Assembly: GCA_965199855.1 (NCBI GenBank)
Contig: OZ241326.1
Location: 384,001-448,000 of the forward strand
Direction of reading: 5' to 3'
From: a bacterium
Lineage (GTDB): Bacteria; UBA8248
DNA length: 64,000 nucleotides
In this document: in pieces, positions 27,936 through 37,445 of the stretch
How the letters are laid out: each line of letters begins with the position of its first letter
Position numbering within the stretch: position 1 is the first letter of the stretch
The notes under the pieces: generated by a model
Seen by the model: only the letters and a program-made list of their open reading frames with translations
Told to the model about the DNA's origin: nothing
Database searches by the model: none
Translations under genes and position numbers: made by a program

Positions 27936-28042
27936 GTCAGGGCATTTTTCAGGGATTATTGACGGGGGGCGAGCGGCGCGGCTCACCCTCGGTCAGCCGG
28001 ATCGAATCGCGGGTCGCCGGGCGAGACGACCCGCTTTTGTTT
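27936..28042 (+). ncRNA. Candidate ~105-nt structured RNA (sRNA or attenuator leader)
   Basis: Between a predicted promoter and a terminator. Hairpin 27960-27995 has 13 of 15 positions paired. No convincing ORF. Confidence 0.4.
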
Positions 28043-28046
28043 ATTT
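28009..28046 (+). terminator. Intrinsic terminator
   Basis: gcgggtcg / cgacccgc perfect 8-bp stem followed by ttttgtttattt. Confidence 0.75.
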
Positions 28047-28114
28047 GAAGCGGCGCGGCGCCTCCGACCGGGCGCGCCTCATGCGATGGAGCCGGCCGCT
28101 TTGGAGAGTTCGCC

Positions 28115-28297
28115 ATGACCCGCGGCGTGGTCTGGTTGCTGGGCGCGCTGGCCCTGTCGGGTCTTCTGATTTTCGCGCTGAACGGAATCTGCTCGAAACC
28201 GTTGATTTTTCCGAGGCTGAGCGGATATTTTTGCCCCAGGCCCCTGCCGGAATCCATGACGCCGCGCCCCGCGTCCGAGGGGGCGGAGCGGCGATGA
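28115..28297 (+). CDS. Small hypothetical membrane protein
   Basis: GGAGAG RBS, N-terminal hydrophobic helix, two Cys, 60 aa. Confidence 0.5.
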   Translation: MTRGVVWLLGALALSGLLIFALNGICSKPLIFPRLSGYFCPRPLPESMTPRPASEGAERR

Positions 28298-28337
28298 GAG
28301 GCGATCGACGCCGGGGATTTTTCAGAAAGGTGAGGAT

Positions 28338-29744
28338 ATGACGGACTCAGATTCTCTCGTCACGGACGCCGTCGTCGAGTTCGTCCTCGGGACGGAATAC
28401 GAGGACGTTCCCGAAGACGTGCGGGTCATCATGCGCCGCTGCTTCGTGGACGGCGCCGGCCTGATGGTCGCGGGCTCCACGGAGGAGAGCGGCCGCATCA
28501 TCCAGAACTACCTCCGGGAGATCGGCGGGGAGCCGGAGGCGCGGGTGTTCGGCACCTCCATGGTGGCGCCCGCGCACCTCGCCGCCCTGGCGAACGGCGT
28601 CGCGGGCCACGCGATGGATTATGACGACACGCAGCTCAGCAGCTATCCGGATCGCGTCTATGGCCTGCTGACGCACCCCACGTGTCCGGTGATGCCGGCG
28701 GCTTTCGCCCTCGCCGAGGCGCTGGGCGCGACGGGACAGGAGCTGCTCGCCGCCTTCGCGCTCGGCTTCGAGGTGGAGTGCAAGGTGGCGGAGGCGATTC
28801 GGCCGGATCACTACGTCAAGGGCTTTCATTCCACGGGAACCATAGGCGCCATCGGGGCGGCGACCGCCGCGGCGAAGCTGATGGGGCTGGACGAGTGCCA
28901 GCTGCGCATGTGCTACGGCATCGTCTGTTCGGAGAGCGCGGGCCTTCGGGCGAATTTCGGAACCATGACGAAGCCCTACCACTGCGGCCGCGCGGCGGAA
29001 AACGGCGTCGTGGCCGCGCGGCTGGCGGCCGGCGGCTATTCGGCCGATCCCGCGATATTCGACGGGCGGTGGGGTTTTTTCCAGATCATGGGCGGCGGCC
29101 GAGACGAGGATCACATCGTCGGAAAGCTCGGCGCCCCCTGGTCGGCGGTCGATCCGGGTGTCTCGATCAAGCCCTACCCCTGCGGCTCCCTCTCGCACCC
29201 CGCCATGGACGCCGCCAGGGACCTGATTCTCGAAAACGACGTCCGGCCCGAACAGGTCAGGGAGCTGCGCTTCGGCACCACCTCGCGCGTGCTGGAGCCT
29301 CTGCGCTACGCCGAGCCGCAAAACGAGCTCGAGGCGAAATTCTCCTTGCAGTTCGGCTTCGCCGCCCTTCTGCTGGAGCGCGCGGCCGGCATCGCCCAAT
29401 ACAGGGACGAGGTCGTCAGGCGGCCCGACGTCGTGGAGATGATGAAGAAGGTGCGCGCCTTCATGGACGAGGACATCGAGGCGCAGGGCTACGCCCTCAT
29501 TCGCGGCAGGGTGGAGATAGAGCTCGAGGACGGGACCGTGCACGAGAAGATGTCGGAAATTTCCCGGGGGACGCCCCAGCGGCCCATGGACCGGGAGGAG
29601 CTTTTCGGGAAGTTCACCGAATGCGCGGGGCTGGCGTATGAGAGCGATCAAATCGCCCTGATCGAGGCGATGCTCTACAAAATCGACACGCTCGAGAACA
29701 TTCACGGCCTCATCGAGCTGCTCGGCGAGAAAATGGAGGCGTGA
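28338..29744 (+). CDS. MmgE/PrpD family protein
   Basis: ANGVAGHAMDYDD, THP, GFHSTG, GTMTKPYHCGRAA, KPYPCGSLSH, EAKFS. Confidence 0.92.
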   Translation: MTDSDSLVTDAVVEFVLGTEYEDVPEDVRVIMRRCFVDGAGLMVAGSTEESGRIIQNYLREIGGEPEARVFGTSMVAPAHLAALANGVAGHAMDYDDTQLSSYPDRVYGLLTHPTCPVMPAAFALAEALGATGQELLAAFALGFEVECKVAEAIRPDHYVKGFHSTGTIGAIGAATAAAKLMGLDECQLRMCYGIVCSESAGLRANFGTMTKPYHCGRAAENGVVAARLAAGGYSADPAIFDGRWGFFQIMGGGRDEDHIVGKLGAPWSAVDPGVSIKPYPCGSLSHPAMDAARDLILENDVRPEQVRELRFGTTSRVLEPLRYAEPQNELEAKFSLQFGFAALLLERAAGIAQYRDEVVRRPDVVEMMKKVRAFMDEDIEAQGYALIRGRVEIELEDGTVHEKMSEISRGTPQRPMDREELFGKFTECAGLAYESDQIALIEAMLYKIDTLENIHGLIELLGEKMEA

Positions 29745-29789
29745 GGATTCCTCCCCCGCCCGAGGGCGCGCGGCGCGCTCGTCGGGCGG

Positions 29790-30200
29790 ATGACGCGGGA
29801 GAATACATTGGGCTTTCATCGCTGGCGGGACATTCCCGAGACCCCGCACCTCCGCAAGGGAACCATGCGCCGTGCGGCCGCGCTGGAGGGGCTGACGATG
29901 CAGCGCGGCGAGATGGCGCCCGACGCGGCCTTCGATGAGCGAACGATGCACCGCCACCCGGAGGATCAGTTCATCGTCGTGCTGGAGGGCAGACTGAGGA
30001 TGCGCGTCGGCGAGGAGGAGGAATGGCTGGAGCCCGGCGGCTTCGCGGCCATTCCGGGCGGCGCGTTCCACAGCGCGACGGGCGTGGGGCCCGAGGGGGC
30101 GGCATACATCGAGGTTCTCGCCTCGGGGCGCATCGACTATCTGCCGGGCTACGTGGGCGAGTCGAAAAACGAGTTCCTGCGCGAGCGGGAGCGCGGCTGA
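29790..30200 (+). CDS. Cupin domain protein
   Basis: HRHPEDQ...G...IPGGAFHS. Confidence 0.8.
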   Translation: MTRENTLGFHRWRDIPETPHLRKGTMRRAAALEGLTMQRGEMAPDAAFDERTMHRHPEDQFIVVLEGRLRMRVGEEEEWLEPGGFAAIPGGAFHSATGVGPEGAAYIEVLASGRIDYLPGYVGESKNEFLRERERG

Positions 30201-30601
30201 TGGGGCGGGAGGCGGGGAGGATTTTCCTCGTTTGCGATGATTTGATGTTCTCCGCCGGCGTCCGGGAGGCGGCCGCCGCCGAGGGCGCCGCGCTGGAGAT
30301 CATCGACTCGGAGGAGAAGTTCGAGGAGGCGCTCGAAAGGCTTCGCCCGACGCTGTTCCTGGCGGACCTGCATCACCGGCGGCTGGGCGGCGAGGAGGCG
30401 GGCGAACTCGTCAGGAAACTGAGGGCGGACGAACGGACCAGGGACGCCTTCGCCGTCGCCTGGGGCAAGCACACCGAGCCCGGACTGCTCAGGTCGGCGG
30501 GGCGGGCGGGGTTCGACCGGGTGATGCCGCGCTCCCTGTTCGTGGAGGAAATGCCGGAAATCGTCCGGCGGGCGGCGGCGCGGACGCGGGCGGGCGCGTG
30601 A
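30200..30601 (+). CDS. Stand-alone receiver-like domain protein
   Basis: DDLMFS, FLADL, AGFDRVMPRSLF. ATG overlaps the upstream TGA. Confidence 0.6.
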   Translation: MGREAGRIFLVCDDLMFSAGVREAAAAEGAALEIIDSEEKFEEALERLRPTLFLADLHHRRLGGEEAGELVRKLRADERTRDAFAVAWGKHTEPGLLRSAGRAGFDRVMPRSLFVEEMPEIVRRAAARTRAGA

Positions 30602-30921
30602 CGCGAAGCCGGGAAGGGGAGAGGCCCAACCCCGAGCCGCGCGAGGGTTCTCTCGTCTGGTGGGCGCGCGTCCCGACCCCGGAGCAGAATTACCTCCAGG
30701 CCGTCCTGGAAGGCTACGACGATCTGGGATACTGCCAGACGTTCGGCTCCCGCGCCGGGAAAGGCGGGAGCGGCGAATCTGCCTCGCTCGTTCGGCTCAC
30801 GTCATCCGTCGACGCGGAGGCGCGGATGCGGGCGCTTCTCGAAGCTCTCTCCCGTGAAATCCATCTTGAACTGCCCGGCTCCGCGCCTTCGTTCGACGCC
30901 TCGGAGCAGCCTGAGCCGTAA
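30598..30921 (+). CDS. Small protein, DUF4911-like
   Basis: YLQAVLEGYDDLG motif, GTGA overlap. Confidence 0.55.
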   Translation: MTRSREGERPNPEPREGSLVWWARVPTPEQNYLQAVLEGYDDLGYCQTFGSRAGKGGSGESASLVRLTSSVDAEARMRALLEALSREIHLELPGSAPSFDASEQPEP

Positions 30922-30973
30922 GGGACGTCCGAACGGCGGGGCGCTCTCCCGCGCCGGCGCGGAAAAGAACAGA

Positions 30974-31807
30974 ATGCCGCATGATCGTTTCCCGCTTTCT
31001 TCGGTAGTTTCCGCGATCCTGCTGGTCCTGGGGCTTTGGGCGGACGCTCCCGCCGCGGAGCGCCTGAAGCTGGCGACCACGACGAGCACGGAGAACTCCG
31101 GCCTGCTCGATAGGCTGCATCCGGCGTTCGAGAGAAGGCGCGGCGTCCGCGTGCATGCGATAGCCGTGGGCACGGGAAAGGCGCTCAGGCTGGGGCGAAA
31201 CGGCGACGTGGACGTCGTGCTCGTTCACGCGAGGAAGGCGGAGGAGCTCTTCGTGGCGCGAGGCTACGGCGTCCGCAGAAGATCCGTCATGTATAACGAC
31301 TTCGTGATCGTGGGCCCGGCTTCGGACCCCGCCGGGGTGTCGGGCGTGTTCGACGCGGTCGAGGCTTTGCGCAGGATCAGGAATTCGGGAAGTCTCTGGT
31401 TCAGCCGGGGGGACGATTCCGGAACGCACAGGAAGGAGATGCAGCTGTGGGAGAAGGCCGGCGTCGGCGCGTTCGGCCCTTGGTATCGCGCCCTGGGCCA
31501 GGGAATGGGCAGGACGCTGATGGCGGCGGACGAGAAGGGCGCATACGCGATTACGGACAGGGGCACCTACATCGCCCTCGCCGCGAAGGGGAGAATTTCC
31601 CTCGAGATTCAGGGGCCGAGAGGAAAGCGCCTGCACAACCCCTACAGCGCGATCGCCGTGAACCCCGAGCGGCATCCGCACGTGAAGTTCGGCCTGGCGG
31701 TGAAATACATCGATTTTCTCACCTCCGCCGAGGGTCAGCGAATCATCCGCGATTTCCGGCTGATGGGGCGGCCCCTCTTCTATCCGGACGCGAAAGAGGC
31801 GCGCTGA
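30974..31807 (+). CDS. tupA: Tungstate ABC transporter substrate-binding protein
   Basis: Signal peptide, LATTTSTENSGLL, MYNDF, SRGDDSGTH, TDRGTY. Confidence 0.92.
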   Translation: MPHDRFPLSSVVSAILLVLGLWADAPAAERLKLATTTSTENSGLLDRLHPAFERRRGVRVHAIAVGTGKALRLGRNGDVDVVLVHARKAEELFVARGYGVRRRSVMYNDFVIVGPASDPAGVSGVFDAVEALRRIRNSGSLWFSRGDDSGTHRKEMQLWEKAGVGAFGPWYRALGQGMGRTLMAADEKGAYAITDRGTYIALAAKGRISLEIQGPRGKRLHNPYSAIAVNPERHPHVKFGLAVKYIDFLTSAEGQRIIRDFRLMGRPLFYPDAKEAR

Positions 31808-31832
31808 GGGATTCTCCGGGAGGGCAGGCGTC

Positions 31833-32519
31833 TTGGAATATCTGCTCGAGGGGTTCGCCGATGGATTGATGCGGGCGCTCCAGGCGGACCCCCAGGTCAT
31901 GCGCGCCGCATGGGTCACCGTCAAGATAGGGTTCGCGGCCACGATTCTGGCGTCTTTCCTGGGCCTTCCCGCCGGCTTTTTGCTGGCGACGGCGCGCTTT
32001 CGGGGGCGCGGGCTGGCCATCACCCTGCTCCAAACCTCTCTCGGCCTGCCGACCGTCGTCATCGGGCTGCTCGCCTACGGCTTTCTCTCCCGGCGCGGGC
32101 CGCTGGGATTCGCCGACCTGCTGTTCACCCCCTCGGCCATCGTGATCGGGCTGGTCGTTCTGGCGATTCCGCTCGTGGCGGTGTTTTCCATGACGTCCGT
32201 CGCCTCCGTGGACGAGCGGGCGCGGGAGACGGCGCTCACGCTGGGCGCTTCCGGCCGGCTCGCGGCGTGGACGGTGCTGCGCGAGGCGCGCTTCGGGCTG
32301 GCGGCGGCGGTGCTGGCGGCGTTCGGCCGCGTATCCTCGGAGGTGGGCATCGCCATGATGCTCGGAGGGAACATCGAGGGCTACACCCGAACCCTGACGA
32401 CGGCCATCGCGCTCGAGAGCATGAAGGGGGAATTCGGCTTCGGCATCGCGCTGGGTGCTGTGCTGCTGGCGATCATCCTGGCGGCGAATCTGCTTTCCCG
32501 CTTCATCCAGAGGCTCTGA
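31833..32519 (+). CDS. tupB: Tungstate ABC transporter permease
   Basis: LPTVVIGL, SRRGPLG, FGRVSSEVG, GGNIEGYTRTLTTAIALE. Confidence 0.92.
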   Translation: MEYLLEGFADGLMRALQADPQVMRAAWVTVKIGFAATILASFLGLPAGFLLATARFRGRGLAITLLQTSLGLPTVVIGLLAYGFLSRRGPLGFADLLFTPSAIVIGLVVLAIPLVAVFSMTSVASVDERARETALTLGASGRLAAWTVLREARFGLAAAVLAAFGRVSSEVGIAMMLGGNIEGYTRTLTTAIALESMKGEFGFGIALGAVLLAIILAANLLSRFIQRL

Positions 32520-32520
32520 G

Positions 32521-33165
32521 ATGAGCGCCTTTCTTCTGGAAAACATAAAGTTCCGCTTCGAGAGCGACCTGGTTCTCGACATCGACCGCGTCGAGGCGCC
32601 CGCCGGCGCGGTGACGCTGCTCACCGGAGCGAACGGCTCCGGGAAGACGACGCTCCTGCGCGTGATGGCGGGCCTGCTCGCGCCCGAGGCCGGCCTGGTC
32701 GCCTACAAGGGCGCGCCCGTCCTCTTCGGCAAGGCGGGGCTCGGCCACAGAAGGCGGGTCTCGCTCCTCGCCCAGGATCCCTGGCTTTTTCGCGGAAGTG
32801 TCCTTCAGAACGTCTCCTACGGCCCCCGGGCGCGGGGGATGAACGCGCTGCGGGCGAACAAAAGAGCCGAGGAGGCCCTCCTCAGAACGCGGTGCGAGAG
32901 CCTGGCGCGCCGCGACGCCGCGAAACTCTCGGGCGGGGAGAAAAAGCGCGCGGCGCTCGCCCGCGCGCTGGCGGCGGGCGCGGAGACCTTGCTGCTGGAT
33001 GAGCCCGTCTCTCACGTGGACGAGGAGAACAGCGCGCTCATCGCGGGGATTGTCGAGGAGCTGGCCGCCTCGGGAGTCACCCTGGTCGTGAGCGCCCACG
33101 CGCTGGAATGGGCGGCCTCCCTTCCCGTCAGGAGGGTGCGGCTCGCCTACGGCCGGACGGCGTAG
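32521..33165 (+). CDS. tupC: Tungstate ABC transporter ATPase
   Basis: GANGSGKTT, LSGGE, LLLDEP. Follows tupAB. Confidence 0.85.
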   Translation: MSAFLLENIKFRFESDLVLDIDRVEAPAGAVTLLTGANGSGKTTLLRVMAGLLAPEAGLVAYKGAPVLFGKAGLGHRRRVSLLAQDPWLFRGSVLQNVSYGPRARGMNALRANKRAEEALLRTRCESLARRDAAKLSGGEKKRAALARALAAGAETLLLDEPVSHVDEENSALIAGIVEELAASGVTLVVSAHALEWAASLPVRRVRLAYGRTA

Positions 33166-33166
33166 C

Positions 33167-33919
33167 TCAGGGCAGTTCGCTTTCGTCGGCGTGGCGGGAT
33201 TCGCCGAACAGGTCGGCCTCAAGGGGACCGCCGCGCCAGGGGGGCCAGCGCCTGCTGTAGTAGTCCACCAGCCCCGCCTCGAACGCCCCCGGCCGCGCGT
33301 AGTCCGTCGCCGGCCTTTGGGAGCGGTGGCATTTCTGGGCCTCCAGCCTCGCGCGCGGCAGGCTTCTCCCGTCCACGATGGTGGTGTAGTCGTCCCGATA
33401 GGCGAGGTCGGAGCGATTGAAGAGGGCGCGCCTTTTCCCGGGCGTCGCCCGATGATAGAGGCGTCGGGGGGCGGTGCCCGGGCTTTCCCGCGCGAGCCTG
33501 TGAAAAGCCTTCGTGGCCCAGCCGCCGACGGCTACGTGATCCGGATGGCCGGTGACGCCGTCCTCTCCATACGTCACGACCACGTCGGGCCGGAAGTCCC
33601 GGATGAATCCTTCGACGCGCGGCAGGATGTCCGGCTCCCGCATGAATTTCAGCTTTCCGTCGGGACAGCGCCAGAGCGTCATGCTTTCGACGCCGAGCGC
33701 GCGGCAGGCGTCCTTCAGCTCGGCCTCTCTCACGTCGCCCAGCTCCTCGGGCCTGCACGCGCCGTTCGTGAGGCCCGCCTCTCCGCGCGTGAGGGTGAGG
33801 AGGCCCATGCGGACGCCCCGGCTCGCGTAGAGGGCGATGGTGGCCGGATTGCCGAAGGACTCGTCATCCGGATGCGCATAGACGTGAAGGATGGAGCGTC
33901 TGGAGTCCGGCTCGTTCAT
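33167..33919 (-). CDS. PIG-L/MshB family deacetylase
   Basis: AHPDDES, TRGEAG, GHPDH, HRSQ. Confidence 0.9.
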   Translation of the reverse strand: MNEPDSRRSILHVYAHPDDESFGNPATIALYASRGVRMGLLTLTRGEAGLTNGACRPEELGDVREAELKDACRALGVESMTLWRCPDGKLKFMREPDILPRVEGFIRDFRPDVVVTYGEDGVTGHPDHVAVGGWATKAFHRLARESPGTAPRRLYHRATPGKRRALFNRSDLAYRDDYTTIVDGRSLPRARLEAQKCHRSQRPATDYARPGAFEAGLVDYYSRRWPPWRGGPLEADLFGESRHADESELP

Positions 33920-34196
33920 GGCGCGGCGCGTGGGTCGGCCTCCATCGAATCGGGACGGGCGCGCTGCTTCGGATGAGCGGCTCGGGAGTCGCCGACCCCC
34001 TTCCGCCTCCCCGGCGGCTCCCGCGCTTCGGACGGCGCGCGAGGGGCGTCCCGCAGGGACTCCTCCCCTTGCCCCGCGCCCGCCTTTGGTTTATATGAAA
34101 ACTAGCCCCTGAATGCAAAGTTTGATACGCTGGGCCTTTCGGTTCATGCCGATGGATGATTCGCAGGGTCTCGCCCCATTACAAGGAGTCCGCATC

Positions 34197-35294
34197 GTGG
34201 AGCTAGCCATCGCGAGGGATACGCTGTTCAAGGCCCTTCAAACGATACAGGGCGTCGTGGAAAGCAGGAGCAGCGCGATGCCGATGCTGCAGAACGTGCT
34301 CGTCGAGACCGAAGGGAAAAAGAGCATCCGCCTCTCGGGCACGAATCTCGACATCAGCGTACGGGGAATGTTCGATGCCGAGGTGGGCAAGGAGGGCAGG
34401 GTTACGCTGAACGCGAGGAGGCTGTTCGAGAGCGTTCAGGAGCTCCCTGACGCCGAGATTCGCCTGACCGAAGAGGAGGGGCAGTGGATTCGGATGCGTT
34501 GCGAGCGCTCGAACTTCCGCTTTCCGGGGCTTCCCCCCTCGGATTTCCCCGAGCTTCCCGACGCGAAGGAATCGAAGGCGCACGCGGTTTCCGCCTCGGT
34601 TCTCTCCGAGATGGTTCGCAAGACGATGTTCGCGATATCCACGGACGAGACGCGCTATACCTACAACGGCGTCTTCATGGAGACCGAAGCCGACACGCTG
34701 CGCCTCGTCGCCACGGACGGCCACCGGCTGGCGATGATCGAGCGCGCGGGCGGGGGGCTCGCGTTCGAGGAGGGCGTCATCGTCCACAAGAAGGCCCTGG
34801 GAGAACTCGTGAAGCTCCTCCACGACGGCGAGGGGGAGGTCTCCGTGGGCCTCACCCAGAACCACATCATCTTCCAGAGGGGCAACATCGAGCTCTCGGC
34901 GCGGCTGATAGACGGCGAGTTTCCGAACTACAGGCAGGTGATTCCGGCCAGCAACGAGCATTCCATCCTCATGGATCGGGAGAGCCTGACGCGCGCGGTG
35001 CGGCGGGTCTCCCTTTTCACGAACGAATCGCGGATGGTGAAGTTCGAGTTCTCCTCCGGTCAGCTGAAGCTGACGGCGCACAGCCCCGAGGCCGGAGAGG
35101 CCGAGGAGGTCATCGAATCGAACGCGCAGACCGACCTGACGATCGGCTTCAATTCGCGCTATTGCCTCGACGCGCTCTCCATACTCGATGAGGAGCAGGT
35201 CTGCATGGAGCTCAAGGATTCGCTGAGCCCCGGCGTGATGGCCCCGAAGGACGCGGAGGGCTATACGTACGTCGTCATGCCGATGCGCGTCTGA
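34197..35294 (+). CDS. dnaN: DNA polymerase III beta sliding clamp
   Basis: GTG start after AAGGAG. FAISTDETR, VATDGHRLA, RLIDGEFPNY, IGFNSRY, YVVMPMRV. Confidence 0.95.
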   Translation: MELAIARDTLFKALQTIQGVVESRSSAMPMLQNVLVETEGKKSIRLSGTNLDISVRGMFDAEVGKEGRVTLNARRLFESVQELPDAEIRLTEEEGQWIRMRCERSNFRFPGLPPSDFPELPDAKESKAHAVSASVLSEMVRKTMFAISTDETRYTYNGVFMETEADTLRLVATDGHRLAMIERAGGGLAFEEGVIVHKKALGELVKLLHDGEGEVSVGLTQNHIIFQRGNIELSARLIDGEFPNYRQVIPASNEHSILMDRESLTRAVRRVSLFTNESRMVKFEFSSGQLKLTAHSPEAGEAEEVIESNAQTDLTIGFNSRYCLDALSILDEEQVCMELKDSLSPGVMAPKDAEGYTYVVMPMRV

Positions 35295-35411
35295 CGCTCG
35301 TCAGAGGTTTTTTGGTTTCGCGCGGCGGTTCCGGCTTCGCCGGGAATCGCCGCTTCCGGGGCGCCTCCTCGACGGGGGCGCCCGCGTCGTTTCCGCCGCG
35401 GGTTCAGCCGG

Positions 35412-36683
35412 ATGATCTCCCGTTTCTCCGAGGGGGCGAGCGAGCGCTCCGGCCGCTATTACGGCTGGGTGATCGTCGGCCTCACCTTTCTCACGATGGC
35501 CGTGGGCGGCTCCATCGTCGGAACGTTCCCCGTTTTTTACGTGGCCTTTCTGGAGGAGTTCGGGTGGTCCCGGGCGGACACCGCCCTGGCGTTTTCCTTT
35601 TCGATGGTCACCTTCGCGGCTTCCGCCGGCTTCATCGGCGCGATGGTGGACCGCTGGGGGCCGAGGCTCATCATCCCCGCGGGAATCGCCATTCTGGGCG
35701 TCGGCCTCGCCCTGATGTCGATGGTCTCCAGTCTGCCCGCCCTGTATGTCTTCTACGGGGGCGTCGTGGCCCTGGGCGTCACGATGTTCGGGTTCATCCC
35801 CACGAGCACCGTCGTGAGCCAGTGGTTCACGCGGCGCCGCTCCACGGCGATGGGCGTAGCCCTGTCGGGGAGAAGCTGCGGCGGCGTCCTCATGGTTCCG
35901 CTTTCCGCCTGGCTCATCGCGGTTTTCGGGTGGCGCGGCGCCTACCTTCTGCTGGCCGTCGGGGTCGTCGTCCTGCTCGTTCCCCTGAACCTGGCCCTGC
36001 ACCGCGCCCGCCCCGCCGCGGCGGGAAGAAGGGCGGCGGACGGCTCCGGCGCGGACTGGACCTTGCGGGAGGCGCTGGGCGATTCGGCCTTCTGGCTTTT
36101 GTTTCTCGCGGGGATGTTCAACGGCGTCGGCTTCAGCGTGGTCGGCGTGCATCAGGTCGCGCACATGGTCGACGTGGGGATGAGCCCGCTCAAGGCCGCC
36201 TCCCTCATCGGGGGGCTGGCGGTCGTCAGGGCGGCGGGAGGCGTCTTCGGCGGCTGGATGGGAGACAGAATCGGCCGAACCCGCACCTTTCACCTGCTCA
36301 GCCTCCTCGCCATGGCGGGCGTCTTCCTGCTGATGAACCTCTCCGCGCGCCATGCCTGGCTGGGCTATCTCTACGTCCTGGCGTATGGAGTCGGCGCCGG
36401 CGCCCGAGGCGCGATTTTCGTGTCGATCAAGGCGGACGTCTTTCCCGGGGGGAGCTTCGGCCGCATCCTGGGCTTCAGCCAGATGGGCGGGGGACTGGCC
36501 TCGGCCGCGGGCCCCTGGCTGGCGGGGTATTTCTTCGACGTGTGGAGAAGCTATTACTGGGCGTTCATTCTGGTGCTGACCGTTCAGGCACTCTCGATGC
36601 TGGCGGTCGCGGCGGCGGCCTCCGGCGCCGGGAGGAGGAAAGGCGGCTTTCGGGGAGGCGCCGCGGGGGCGCCTCGATCATGA
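35412..36683 (+). CDS. MFS transporter (OFA/MCT-like)
   Basis: YYGWVIV, DRWGPR, WFTRRRSTAMG, GWRGAY, DRIGR. About 12 TM helices. Confidence 0.9.
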   Translation: MISRFSEGASERSGRYYGWVIVGLTFLTMAVGGSIVGTFPVFYVAFLEEFGWSRADTALAFSFSMVTFAASAGFIGAMVDRWGPRLIIPAGIAILGVGLALMSMVSSLPALYVFYGGVVALGVTMFGFIPTSTVVSQWFTRRRSTAMGVALSGRSCGGVLMVPLSAWLIAVFGWRGAYLLLAVGVVVLLVPLNLALHRARPAAAGRRAADGSGADWTLREALGDSAFWLLFLAGMFNGVGFSVVGVHQVAHMVDVGMSPLKAASLIGGLAVVRAAGGVFGGWMGDRIGRTRTFHLLSLLAMAGVFLLMNLSARHAWLGYLYVLAYGVGAGARGAIFVSIKADVFPGGSFGRILGFSQMGGGLASAAGPWLAGYFFDVWRSYYWAFILVLTVQALSMLAVAAAASGAGRRKGGFRGGAAGAPRS

Positions 36684-37250
36684 GGCCGCCCTCTCCTTCT
36701 CCGCGATCATCGACTCGATGAGGGCGATCATGCTCTCGGGCGGCATCTGCTCGATGTTCAGGATGCCGTGGTAGAGCGTCGGGTCGGCGAAGTCGACGTC
36801 GAAAAAATACTGGGCGAACAGGGCGTGATCCCGATCGGTTCTCTTGATGGTTTCCTCCGAGGCCGTTCTCGTGACCCCGGAGGACTCCATGAAGTGGCGG
36901 ATGCGCGCCTCCGCGCTGCCGACGATTCGCAGGTGAAGGGCGTCGGCCCGATCCCTGAGGAGCACCTGTCCTCCCCATCCGCCGATGACGACGCCGCCCC
37001 TGTCCGCCGCCTCGTTCATGGCCTCGGACAGGACGCCGCGCAGGCTGTCGCGCCGCACGCCGAAGGTGCGCTCCATGATCGTCGGCGCGCGCCCTTCGAT
37101 TTTCTCCAGGTCCAGATTGAGGCCCCGCGCGCCGCAGATTTCGACGAGTTCGTCGCGTCCGAGAAAATCGTGGTTCAGCTTCTCGGCGAGCTGCCTTGCG
37201 ATGAAAATTCCGCCGGTTCCGTATTGACGCGAGATGGTGACGACGGCCAT
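36678..37250 (-). CDS. Cytidylate kinase-like family protein
   Basis: VVTISRQYGTGG, GGVVIGGWGG, DPTLYHGILN. Confidence 0.8.
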   Translation of the reverse strand: MAVVTISRQYGTGGIFIARQLAEKLNHDFLGRDELVEICGARGLNLDLEKIEGRAPTIMERTFGVRRDSLRGVLSEAMNEAADRGGVVIGGWGGQVLLRDRADALHLRIVGSAEARIRHFMESSGVTRTASEETIKRTDRDHALFAQYFFDVDFADPTLYHGILNIEQMPPESMIALIESMIAEKERAAS

Positions 37251-37445
37251 GGGGAGCCTCCTTGCCGGATGGAATGCCACTTTCAGTATAGCCTTCCGCC
37301 CGGATTTTATCAAAAGCGAATTTTCGCGGGAAATCCTTGCGAGGGACGCCCCGCCCCCGAACGCCGGGGGAGGTGAACGGCGCCTTCGGGGTGGGGTATT
37401 CTTGAGGCGAGGGCTTTCGGCGCGCCCGCGCGTCCGGTCGTTTGG

